DNA of 64,000 nt from Octopus sinensis (Eukaryota), in NCBI RefSeq assembly GCF_006345805.1, contig NC_043004.1, positions 3,658,001 through 3,722,000 of the forward strand, in the 5' to 3' direction. The position numbers were made by a program, and so were the translations under genes. The notes under the pieces are model-generated. The model ran no database searches. It was not told where the DNA came from and was given only the letters and a program-made list of their open reading frames with translations. Position 1 is the first letter of the stretch. Each line of letters begins with the position of its first letter. Below, piece by piece: positions 39,101 through 51,339 of the stretch.

Positions 39101-39687
39101 GATACAATCTGTGTGAGCCGTCGTTGTTACTCCACGTCCACTGTGGAACGCTCGGCTCATCCAGTCGGTAACGGTCCACTAGATCAAAGCTCTCTAGTAG
39201 ACCCTTGAGGCTAGGTTCCCCTTCCTATTGGTTGAGCCAACATTGTCGATCCGCGCTTCAAGGACAGTGTTAAAGTCCCCTACTAGGATTACTGTTTTCG
39301 ACGTCGCTAAAAAGGGCTCCAGGTTCCGAAAAAAACCCGTCTGTTACCCTCGTTCGGGGCGTAGACAGCTACCAACCTGAAGGACTGTTTACTTACGTGA
39401 GTCACATCCAGGACAACCAGCCTGCCTTCTGGGTCCAGAAAGACAGTACTTACCTGCAAGTCCAAGCTCTTCCTGATAAAGACTGCCACGCCTCTGCCTC
39501 TTCCTCGGCTAGGAGAAATAAATTTCTCGAAACCATTTAGAAGAGGCGAGAACGCTTGGGTCTCGCTCATCTTAGACTCGGTTGCAATAGCTATATCTAT
39601 ACCATGTGTCGTGAGGTCGTTCAGGAAACAAATTTGTTTCCGTTTCGACCCCATTCCACGGACATTTATACAACCCAGCTTAGCCAT
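36165..39687 (-). pseudogene. ORF2 of element A: APE endonuclease, reverse transcriptase and C-terminal Cys/His region, several frameshifts
   Basis: MAKLGCINVRG...ATES (APE), RLYLDRIF and SDHK, KGDNISNYRP, VRQGCPLSPLLY and AYADDVT (RT). Confidence 0.95.
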
Positions 39688-39715
39688 TGTAGGTTAGAGA
39701 GAAAAATAAATGTAC

Positions 39716-41080
39716 TCACGGTTGGGAAAGGGAGCATGACAGTTTAAATCTGCCTGCTTCCCCTTCTTCCGCTGCTGCAGGGCTCTTGACCGGCGTTGCC
39801 ACTGGGCTCTGGGTGGGTGTGGTTGCCGGGGTTATTATCAGTTTGCCCTCCATTACCTCTTTGGTCACGTCTCTTATTAGACGGTTCCTCAGATGTTCCT
39901 GAAGAACCTCCTCCTTCCACTCGTCCTCCCCTACCTTCGCGAAGCGAGCGGTTGCTTTCACATCTGTGGCTCTACTATACAATACAAATCTTGAAAATTT
40001 ACAACACTTATACACTCTTTCGTTTTTCTCGTCGAAAGCTATGATCCTCTCGTTCTTCTGTAAACACTTTTTTATGTCTTGTTTTATGGGGAGGGGTTTG
40101 GCAAACTGTTTTCCAATGAAAACAGTGCCATGGGGATAGGGTTGGGGGATTTGCTTGTTGTGTGTGTCTGCTGTGTTTGCTGTTTTTTTCTTTGTTTGGG
40201 GAGGGGAGTCCTGGGTATTATCTTTTTTTCTTTTATGAGTGACTTGTGTGTAGTCCATTGGTTCTGTATGGTCCGTTTTTGTTTCCGTACTTGTCTTCGT
40301 CTTTTTGTTGTCTTTTCCTGTTTCCTCCCCTTCAGTGTTAGGGACACTTTGAGGAGGCGCTTCTTCTGTTCTCTTCTTTTTTATACAATTTGATCGGACG
40401 TGACCCTTCTCTCCACACTTGAAGCATCTGGGTCTACGTCCCTCTACCGAAACTCTCATGGACGTACCGTCCTCATTGAAGATTCTATCGGGCAGGTTTT
40501 CTAGGATTTTGTTCTCCGCCTGCACGAGGAGCTCCAGGGTCTGACCCTTCCACCGCACCACTCTTTCCTTCTCATCTGCAGTATCGATATCTCTCGTTCA
40601 ATGTTGTGCAGGACCGCCGCTGCTACCCACATGATGTCGTACCCTCTGGGTATGTCCTCTACCAGTAACTTCGCTGTACGCTTCCCCATGTACGAGGGTA
40701 GCAGCATGATGTCGTCGTTTTTTAGGGTCAACGACGACACCTCTCTCGCTACCTCGGCTGTGTCGAAATGTGCCTCGACTGTAGCACTGCGTGCACCTCT
40801 AACGACATGACGATTTTCCCCACACCGGGGACAGGCACTTTTCTACCATTTCATTCTTTACATCCATTATCTTCTTCTCTTTGAAGCTGTATACCTTGTA
40901 AATAACTATTCTCTCCTTAATCTCTTGTACCTTTGCCTGCGGCGGTACAAGCTTTATCTCGCCTCCTTCCACTTTTACCAGGTTCCTGAATTCGTACAAT
41001 TGTTCAATTTTAAACTCGACATCCATCATGGCGCCCCCACCGCGGCCGAGAATGACTGTTTGGGTACTTCCTTTTCCATA
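39716..41080 (-). pseudogene. ORF1 of element A (gag-like, CCHC zinc knuckle), frameshifted
   Basis: RRPRCFKCGEKGHVRSNC; pieces in three frames (41029-40799, 40740-40501, 40561-39716); probable start MEKEVPKQSFSAAV at ~41077. Confidence 0.9.
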
Positions 41081-41609
41081 TTTTCACTTTTCCCATCACG
41101 GGAAAATCCTTCTTCGACGTCAAGTCGAAATCCATCACCTCGAAGGTAATAAAAATGCAGGTAATACAAAATTTTCTGCCCCGTAGGGCGAAAATTACCG
41201 TTATACAACGGGCACTGTTCAAAACAGTTAGCACAAACAATAATAGCACAAATCCGAACTCTCTTAAATGAAGGCAGCAATTTTCTCACAACTCAGATGA
41301 ACAGTAACTAGAGAATAGAGCGGTACTCAGTAGCAGCATCTTTCGTACAGCCAAACTTCATATAGATACTTAATGCTAGCTAATTAGCAAATAATCTAAT
41401 GTAAACGCCGTGCACACCTCCATCTGGACTATTCCATTTCTGCACTTAAATTTTATTTTTTTATTTATTCCTATTCATGTGAAACCACTGATTCAAGTTC
41501 AAGTCATTGATGCAATGTTACGATTTAATTATCATATCATACTTAAGTTTGATTTTAATTATTACTTACTACATATAATTCAATTGTTATTATTATCTCT
41601 AATTTTTAT

Positions 41610-41876
41610 TGTTAAAGTGAAAGTATCTGACATAAAATAGAGAGATGTTTTTGTTTCACTTTTAACACGTAATACTGAAATAGTGGAGAAGATATGATAT
41701 TGCTATGGGCTCACCCTAGGCAAGCGGTTGAACATTGTTTTTGCCCATGAAACTACATGGACCCTAAGTAAGGCATGTGTAAAATTTGAATGAAATTGGT
41801 TGTGTAGTTCTCAAGTTTTAGGGAAACACACAGACAGACAGACAGACAGACATTCTCAGTTTTATATATAGAGAGA
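41610..41876 (-). mobile_element. Non-autonomous Helitron-like element, 5' part
   Basis: A^TCTCTCTATATATAAAACTGAGAATGTCTGTCTGTCTG...ACAACCAATTTCATTCAAATTTTAC, a typical animal Helitron 5' architecture; the distal boundary is uncertain. Confidence 0.6.
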
Positions 41877-43186
41877 TATACACGCGCACACACACATACA
41901 CGCCTGTGTGTGAATGTGCGTGCACAATTGCGTACAAAAATGCACGAATAAATACAAATGAAAAACACGCATTGGTGATATTTCCGTAATTATAATCCTT
42001 ATGTGTGTTTGAATGTATGTACGTTCGTGTACATGTTTCTATTTTGCGTGTACGAGTATATTTGTAAATGTATGTGTATGAATGTGTACATGTATGTAGG
42101 TATATACGTACACATATACATTTACACGCATTTGAACAAATCCCTACGGAAACACTAAAAAAATCTATTAGGTTTTCAATAGATAAATGATATATAATCT
42201 ATATCGATGCGTGTGTTTAAAATCTACAGGACTGTCACTTTATCTCATTTCATTGTTCGCTCTATCGCTTACTTTTTCACTCTTTCGCTGTCACTGACTC
42301 ACGTTTTGTTTTTGTTTTTTTTCTTTTTTTTTTTCTCAGTCCTGAATTATAAATTACAGTGAATGAAGTGTTAAACAGGGGTTGATTATTCGAGTTAGCA
42401 AAGCAGATAGACCGGTCCTTATTTATTTATCTCTCTATTTCTCTGTTCGGTAATATTAAAGTAATGTTAGTCACTAATGGCGGAGATATGTAACCGTAAA
42501 AGACGGCAGGTGACAGAGAACAACAACCACGTAATCTTCAAACAAACCTGCCGTTTGATAAAATCAAATAAACTGTTTTTCCTTTAATGAATTGCTATTG
42601 ATGAGATAGACGTGGTCGGATTATTGATCGAGTAAAGAAGTCGAGGTTTCGCATCCAGGTGATGCTTGCCTTGCACTTCTCTCAGGAATTAAAACAGTTA
42701 GTTCGAAGCGGCTCAGTCGATCAAGGCAGATCTGAATGTTGCAGAAGGTCTGTATGATTTAAAGCTATTCTGCGGACTTGAAGTTCCCTGCTCAGATTTC
42801 CACGACAGAATAACCCTTGAAATGGCTTCCACACCACTTCTGATTTGCTCAGCATACAATGATACTTGGCCACGCATCTTCATATGAGTGAAACAGAGTT
42901 CTGGACTCACGGTCGCAAGCAGCAGCGATAACTAACGAATGCTTCCTAATCCTACCCTTAGAATAAGGAAGAAATATTTCTACCGAGCTCAGTGGTTCGT
43001 TACGCCGGTGTTTCATTTTGATTTTTATATCGATAACCAGATGAAAATGAAACCCCTTCGTCCTCCTTTGAATGCGACATCCTTGTATAGCAGACATACT
43101 CGTCTACAAAAGTTCAAGCTTGTCTGCGCCCACCTAAACTTGTTTACATTCATTTACGCTTACATTCATTTAACATCCGTCTACGC

Positions 43187-43755
43187 CAATGGTTATCACC
43201 CGGTATCCATATGGCCCTTGGTGGGATCCGTACAGCCCTTGGGGTTGGGGTCCATATGGCCTTTGGTGTGATCCGTATAGCCCTTGGGGTTGTCCATATA
43301 GCCGTTGAGGGTGAGGTCCATATGGCTCTTGGTGGCCCATATAGCCGTTGGGGCTGGGGTCCAGATAACCTTTGAGGTAGGGTCCATATAAGATCTTGTT
43401 CCTAAATTTTATCTACAGAAAGTTGTTTATACAATATGTGGCGGTATTTCGTTTGTCTACGTTCTGAGTGCAAATTCCGCCGAGGTCGACTTTGCTTTTC
43501 ATCCTTTCGGGATCGATGAAATAAGTACCAGTTGCGTACTGGGGTCGATCTAATCGACTGGCCCCCTACCCCAAAAGAACAATTATTTTTAATACAATTC
43601 CTAATAATATCTAATTTTAAAAATGGAATATTGATAATGCTTAATTATGAAAATATAAGATTTTATAACCATTGAACGGCTATGAGGGTCCATCCGAATA
43701 AAATGGGGACCAAAAGAGGCCATAGGTAAAGACAAAAAATGGTTAAGAAACACTG
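43187..43755. mobile_element. hAT (Charlie-type) MITE with amplified subterminal repeats and a nested SINE A (43435-43575)
   Basis: TIRs CAATGGTTATCACC / GGTTAAGAAACACTG; 8-bp TSD GTCTACGC (43179-43186) and GTCAACGC (43756-43763). Confidence 0.75.
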
Positions 43756-44203
43756 GTCAACGCCCATCTAAGCTCATCATCTACGTTCGTTTACGCCTAT
43801 CTAAATTCATTTACGTTCGTCTACTCCCACCTACTTCCGTATATGTTCGTCTACACCCACCTACTTCCGTATATGTTCGTCTATACTCGTCTGCGCTCGA
43901 CTGTAATCGTTTATGTCATGTATTGGATCATGCTTGGGCCTCCCTCGCGTTTAGTTAAAGTTGTCATTGCGTTTCCTTGCTTCCGCCTGTGGCCGATGAA
44001 ATACATACCAGTAATATATTAGGCCGTCTCCCCCCTCCCCATCCCGCCTATTCGACCGGCATATCCGCTTCATTTCGCCATCGCCTTCCTTTCCTTGTGC
44101 CTTAGTTTAGAAATCATTATTAAAGCAGCGAGAGTCGAAAAGTAGGCAATTTAGTTAAGTGATGTGTAAAGCTAAATGCTAAACGACATTAAATCCATCT
44201 TTG

Positions 44204-44205
<2 letters not shown>

Positions 44206-44290
<85 letters not shown>
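44206..44290. repeat. Perfect (TG)n, ~42 units
   Basis: Direct inspection. Confidence 0.98.
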
Positions 44291-44292
<2 letters not shown>

Positions 44293-44840
44293 CGAAACAA
44301 GTCATGAGAAGCTGCAATACTAACGAGATGGATTCCTCCATTATTTTTGCAGATCGAATCTCGCATGTAAGAGATTGTCTCTCTCTAGTAGTTACCTTTA
44401 TGTTTCGTTATTATAGCATTTCTATATTTTGTTGAGATGTTTTATCATTATTTTACGTGAGTTGTGGGTGGGGGGGAGAGATAGGGATTTATTTTTTAAT
44501 GTTTGATATATTTTGTTGTTATTGTCGTGTTTTTATATTTATTTGTCTTGATATTTTGCTTCCCCTTGTGAGAAGAGAAAACCATTTATGGATAATTAAT
44601 ATCCCTGGAATATTCTAGGTGTGGTAACTGATGGCGTTTATATAATATTTGTGTGCGGATGTGATTATATGCATGCACTTCTATACGTATGGCTAGCACA
44701 TTCAGCACATGTACGTGTGAGTGGGCGCACTACTGCTTCTGGGTTTTTTTTATTATTAAAACCAAAAAAAATAACGTTTCTGATATATGCAAATATAAAT
44801 ATATTTCTTCATATAAAGAATAACATACATATACATATGC

Positions 44841-44924
<84 letters not shown>

Positions 44925-45019
44925 ATATATATATATGATAGAGATTTTACGCACGTTATTCGAATGGTGTATATACTAGCATGTTACCCGTCATATGCCA
45001 GGTAACTATGAGAGTCTAC

Positions 45020-45370
45020 TTTTGCCACCATGGCTAATATCAAGAATTCGGAGTCGATCAAATGAGTACCAATCAACAACTGGGATCGATGTAATCGATT
45101 TCCCCTCCCCACAAAAGCTGCTGACCCTGTGCCAAAATGAGAAAGCATTATTTTTATTATTATTAATAATAATAATACCCAAAAAGAAGGGTAGATTAAC
45201 GGAATCAGTAGAACATCCGACAAAATGTTCTGCGGCATTTAGTTCCGGTACTTTCGACTTTCATCCCTCCGACGTCTATAAAATAAACTGCTACTCAAGT
45301 TTGGGGTCCATAATATCAGTTAAGTCTCTTCCTTCAAAAATTGCTGGCCTTGTGCTTCAATTAGAAACCT
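45020..45370. mobile_element. Inverted pair of degenerate SINE A copies (- 45020-45140, + 45185-45370)
   Basis: Core and tail motifs are present in both orientations. Confidence 0.7.
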
Positions 45371-46221
45371 TTATATCCAACTAATCTCAGAGTTAACGGT
45401 GCAAGCATAGCGTTCCAGCTGTGACCACACCAATTGTCAGACACAGTGTCTGTAAGACTTCCTTATCTAAAGTATTCTTGCTTTAAGTCGGCAGAATGTG
45501 CTTTGGTGAAGATTTGTTTGTTATTTCTAGCAGGTCTAATGAACATGTAATGGATCCCTTTTTAAATCAGTGAAATGGATCTACTAAGGCCCAATGGAAT
45601 GCTGATAAGGTCCATTTAAAATGTTCCTTTGCGATTCCGGCCGGAAGAAAAGAACGTTTTTTTTTATTCCACAAAGCCTAAAATTCTATAAAAGTCTTGG
45701 AATGCTAATGCTATCCTCGCAGAAATTGAGTAGAAATAAATCCAAATTCACAGTTTTCGGCAACACAAAATTACCATAGAAGAATATCATGTGTGTGTGT
45801 GCTTTTTAAAATTTGTTTTATATTTCTACTTTCTTGAATCTCTCTAATTAATTAATTACTAAGTCTGTATGTGGTTGCTAGATCGACTAGAAAAAGCAGC
45901 TAAATCACCTTCAGATCATATCCTTCTATCTTGAAAAGGAAAGGACACATTAAATAATGAATGGACCGGATAACGACAAGTTGTGTCGAAGTGAAGAGTT
46001 CGATGGTCATGGCTGGAACGCCACAACCATCTCGATTTGCTCAGTCCACAATGAACTGAAATTAAGCAACAACCAATCATAATAGATAGATAAATAAATA
46101 ACTAAAAACACAAAAAAAATTCGATAATTTGAATCTTTTATCGACTGTAAAAGGTGTTAAGTGAAACTAAATATTTTGATTTGACTTAAGTTAATCTGAA
46201 CAGCTCAATCTTCGATTACAA

Positions 46222-46274
<53 letters not shown>

Positions 46275-48149
46275 GTTGTAACAATAATAATAATTTGTAA
46301 TATTCGTGTTTTTTTTGTTGTTTTTGCTTCTGTTTTATTATCGCCTTCACTAGTGCCATGCAACTCACACGTCTTTTCTTAACGTTTCAATCTTTCACTT
46401 AGAAACGATCTCACAATCAACCATTTTTCACTTCCAAGTCCACTGTTCCCTTTTTGTCTACGCTCCCATCCCTTCCATCCTCTTCTACTTTCACTTTCAT
46501 TTCCTTAAATTCAAACTCCTGCTTTTTATTTTACTTTTTTTTATACATATTCCGTTTTTATCTCAACACAAATTGTTTCAGTTCGTTTTCAGTAACACTG
46601 CTTACATAAATACACACACACATTTCCAACCAAACAACCAATATAAAAAAAATCTCTAGAAAACTCTTCGTTATAATTGATGCAGCAATATGTCAGTAAA
46701 ACGATCTCTTGTTGTTATCGCATCTCTCACTTTACAAACCCTTCGATATTTCGTCTGAATATTTCATTTGAATTAGGATTTTGTGTTGAGTTTGTCGGCT
46801 TTATTGGACACGAAAAGCAAAAGAGTTTAGGACACGCTATTGTTGGTCCGAGGGGAGAAAATGACCAGCGCGTGTCTTCTTCAGCACTTCATCACTATCG
46901 CCTGGCAGGAGATGGTTGAACTCCACAAGGATCTGTAATGCAAACACCTTCAGCAGCTCTAACATTTTCTTTAATTTGTATATCTTGTTGATATGACACC
47001 AGCGAAACAGAGAGAAAGCGAGAGAGAAGGACCTACAGATCTGCTGACTGAGACATAGACAAATCTATATATTTTATGCAAGCTGTTTCTTTTAACAACC
47101 TACTACTACAGGTTTCATTCATCCATCATGTCTGACGGCAGACAACACACCCCGTTACATGGCACACAGCTGCCCAACGAGTTAAGACAAACAGAATGAA
47201 AGCCTATTATACCTAACAGAGAAGACATGGGTTTTTTTTTTTCATTTATTTGTCTTTTGTTGTTATTTCGTTGGGAAATAATTTCTAATCGTTGGTCAAT
47301 ACAAGAATATATCAGTGGAAAGTGCCATAGAATAAAAAGAACAAACTCACAGCCAGATGGCGCTGGAGTTTGGTTTTCAATTAGCACTCGACGCCATTTT
47401 AGTTCTTATGTCAATAATATTTAAATGGCATTGTAGAAATGCATGAACGCCACCTATTTCCTGTTTCTCTGGTTAAAAAAGAAGGAAACTCAAATGCAAC
47501 CATGGGGTTTCTGTATAAGTCGTGCCATCCGGGTGATCTCAGTTCTCGAACCGGTTTCGATTTCTGGTGAAAGCTACTTTGCTTTGTTAAAACACTTAAT
47601 GTGCTTTGAAAGGCGCAAAGGACTCCATATCCGAGATGGAAGAATTTTTAGCAAAGCTAGAAAAAAATTCTTAGTGGCATTTCTTCTCGCTCTTTATATC
47701 CTGAGGTCGGCTTTGCTTTTTATCCTGTCGGGGTTGATAAAGTCAGTACTAACTAAGCACTGGGTCCATGTGATTGACTTCACCCTCCCCTCAGGCTATT
47801 TGGCCATGTGCCAAAATTAGAAAGAACCATAGTAATTAATAGTAGTAGTAAACGCAAACATGTATGATAATAAAACGTATAAGAACAAGTTTGTTAGCAG
47901 TTCAAACGAAAAGGCAGTTTTAAGCCCAAGTTGAATCCTGTCAACATAAAAGCTATGGTAGCAGCATGTCACAAATATAGTGCTTCCTTGCCTGAGGAAT
48001 TTATACAAGGATGAACAAGGTCTTCTATGCATGAACCTTCAAAAAAGAACTGTTAAGAGAAGTTCTAAATATGTCATTACGTGATCTGCATTGATAAGAT
48101 AGGACATACAGAAGTATGTGTCTGTTCCTCCTCAAAACTGAGGTTGAGG

Positions 48150-48560
48150 CAAGAAAATGGCTCGAAATAGTGCATCACATAAAATTTCGATATACTGGAG
48201 CCGGACTACATCGGACAATGTAACTCGGTTATTATAACAAGGGTCATTAATGGATAGTTTGAACTCTGATATTGAAGAGAAAGTGAAAGCTGGTACAGTG
48301 TAGAGAGTTATATATATATATGTATATATATATATCGCCACAGGCTGACATGGACCGCACATTTTGTTAAAGAGAACGATGAGAGTTACCAAAGTAATTG
48401 CTTATCAGTGAAATGAGATGGTAAACGACCACAACATAAGGATAAACTTTGTACATCACTGTCAGTCTTCGGTATCTTTAAGAACAGCAAAAAGGTCAGA
48501 ATTTACAGCGTGTAACAGAACGAATCGAAGAAAAGTTCTTAGAAATGACTTCATACAAAA
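48150..48560 (+). mobile_element. Highly decayed RTE-like LINE fragment
   Basis: RVIY|YRHRLTWTAHFVKENDE resembles RTE RHRLRWAGHVVRMNDE; interrupted by (TA)n. Confidence 0.45.
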
Positions 48561-49383
48561 ATCTTTTTTAAAAGCCGTCAGAAGGTAGGGGCGAAATGAT
48601 ATTACAATAATATTCGTCCTTATGAATATGAACCCCAAATAAGGGAGCCAAATACTTCAAGAAATGAAACAGCAATGTACTCCGAGCAGCAGTAGAATTC
48701 CGTTATCCAAACTGCTGAATGGAAGAACAATATTTAAGGAAAGTTTTACCAAATTCATGATTCCATCTGAAAATTAGTTCCTTGTGTTTGTTTATTAAAC
48801 CTGACCTGCAGTTCAAAATTTGAAACACTTCTGAAGAGCATAAGTTACATTCACTCCCCTTCCTACTATCATACGGAAAAGCGGTTTGTATAACCGGTTA
48901 GGAAACTGAAAAATACTCCGTCGTTGGAAAGCCACTTGTCAAGCAAAGTCAATGAGTGGGGCTCGTCGAATAATTGGACGGTCATGCGTCGAAATCGTGA
49001 GCCTAAAAATATAAATGGCTGGTGTCACTTTGAGAGTATTAACACCAAGTGATCTGAGCTGACCAACAAACGCGTAACACTCAGCCATTTTGAATTTCTC
49101 TCAAAACTCCTACTCTGCTCCTAGTATCTGATGGGATGGGAGTATCATATGCGCCTACGAAGCTTTAAGTCATATGGACCGGATACAACTTACATAAAAA
49201 AATATATATGCAACTCTTAACATCGTGGTGAGTGGGACTTGCTTTCGTTTTACTCAATATATATATATATATATAATTTCTTTCCGTATGCATGAGCATA
49301 CGAACCCAAATTATTGAATGAATTTGACAAGTGACTGAGTATTCCACGGACACGTACCTTTAACACAATCCTCAAGTAGAATT

Positions 49384-49420
<37 letters not shown>

Positions 49421-49559
49421 TCTTCCTGGTAACCTTTCCAGTCCGACTTCAAGGTGAACAACCTGCACTCATGATACGTTTATAGTGATGAAGTGTTTGT
49501 AATTCAGCCGTACATTAGCAGGCTCCCTCCCTCCGTCAGATCGATATTGCCTGTATAGC

Positions 49560-49710
49560 TGCATAGTATTGGAAGTGATCGGATATCGAAGTGATGGAAG
49601 AGCCTCGTCCGTTGAAGTGTTTTTGCTCAAGAACACCATGCATCGCCCAGTCCAGGAATCGAAACCATGATCCCGCGAGCAACAGCCTAAACACTAGGCT
49701 ACGCACCCTC
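49560..49710 (-). mobile_element. SINE family C, 5' fragment
   Basis: Reverse complement GGGTGCGTAGCCTAGTGTTTAGG...GGTTTCGATTCCTGG. Confidence 0.7.
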
Positions 49711-49758
<48 letters not shown>

Positions 49759-50024
49759 ATACATGCATGTGTGTACATGTGTGAAAATATCTGTATGTTT
49801 TATGAATGTTTCTATGAATGTATATATGTATGTAGGCTACGCACTCTCGTGTGTGTTTTTGTGTGTGTGCATGCATATGTATGTGTACGTTTGAAAATAT
49901 GTGTATGTATGTATGTATGTATATATGTATGTAGACACACTAATATCAACTGGTATATTTAAAATAAACAATAATGACAAATTAAGAAGAAAATGATGGC
50001 TAACCCTCTCTTTCTCTCTCTTCC

Positions 50025-50061
<37 letters not shown>

Positions 50062-50281
50062 ACACATACACCTACACATATATTCATGCACTGAGTTTGC
50101 ATTTGGTCGTTTTGTGAATTATTGTCATTTTCTTTTGGTTTATTTGTAAGTGGGAGGAGAAGTGCGAGGTGACTAACTTCCCGATATTACTTATTTTTAA
50201 TTGGCGGTGGGAGGTGACGTGGATATTCTTTTAGTCTTACTTCGAACACTGAATATTTTGTTTATTTTGCTGTCTTTGTTC

Positions 50282-50358
<77 letters not shown>

Positions 50359-50579
50359 GAGAAATTTACATCGCTATCTTTTTTGTTTACTTATTTTTTG
50401 CTTTGTTTTTCCTTTTTTATGTCTTTTTTTATTTATTTTTTAAACTACTCTAATTCTTTAGCAAGAAAATTTCAACTCTTCCGAGAAATTATAAATTTAT
50501 TTTGAATCCGTGGCCTTAACTATAAAGAAATCTTTCGTTTTATTCTTCCTTGCACACATAGATAAACACTGACACAAAA

Positions 50580-50610
<31 letters not shown>

Positions 50611-51339
50611 CACGCACAGGAAGTGAAAAATGAGAAGAAGTGTAGTGTCGAAATTTTAAAATTATTGCCAAAAAAAATAATAAAAAATAACTGAAAGAAA
50701 TAAGGAGAAAATATTGGCTAAAAATGATGTCTTGAATATATAAACACACACAAAAAAAGCATTTCTAGAAAAGAACAACAACAGCAAAAATAAGACAAAC
50801 ATGTCAAAATGAATATTTTAAAGAATGTTTCTAAAATTGATTATTATTCATGAGTCTGGTCGACATTATTTCTAATTCAATCTTTCAATAGAAAGAAAGA
50901 AAGAAAGAAAGAAAGAAAGTGAGAAAGAAAGAGAGAAAGAAAGAAAGGCGATGACGGTTAGGCGGATCATAATTATCATCATCATAATCATCTTCGTTAT
51001 TGTGATAGTGAGGGGTGGGGTTGGTTTTTGCGGTGGTATTGTTGTTGATGATGATGATGATGATGAGAGGCGACTACTTTGGTGTTGATGAGAGAAAACA
51101 AGATCAAATTTTATCCTTTTTTTTTTTTTCAACAGCAGCAGATTCCAAGATGAATTTTAGTAGAACGTGGTGGATAAGACTTCATCATAAATTTTCTGTC
51201 TTTTGCGAAGATTTATTGTACAATTCCGACCATTCTTCTTTTGAATTGACTACCATAATTCAGTATTGCAAGCTGGGACAACTGTCTACAACAAACCGAA
51301 AACATTCGAAACAAAACAAAAAATGTTAAAATATATTTT

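Larger units (their letters stand above)
36057..41318 (-). mobile_element. Full-length L1/Tx1-clade LINE (element A), ~5.26 kb, 15-bp flanking direct repeat
   Basis: ORF1 plus ORF2 architecture; AGCGGTACTCAGTAG at 36042-36056 and 41319-41333; 3' end ...AATAAAGAAATAT with no poly(A). Confidence 0.95.

Noticed and set aside
41319-41360. TAGCAGCATC resembling the miR-15/16/103 seed at the Tx1 target
   Set aside because: No precursor-length hairpin in the reconstructed empty site; only a seed-length match.
43196-43387. 63-aa MD-repeat ORF superficially like reflectin
   Set aside because: Lys/Pro/Gly-rich, lacks the Tyr/Arg/Met reflectin motif, and lies within a hAT MITE's subterminal repeats.
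46800-46980. Protein-like short ORFs on both strands (MLELLKVFALQILVEFNHLL... and MTSACLLQHFITIAWQE...)
   Set aside because: Under 50 aa, no homology recognised, weak splice sites.
49012-49092. ~80-nt hairpin containing CAGCCATTTTGA, similar to miR-13
   Set aside because: The seed does not match and the stem is short with large bulges; chance or MITE relic.
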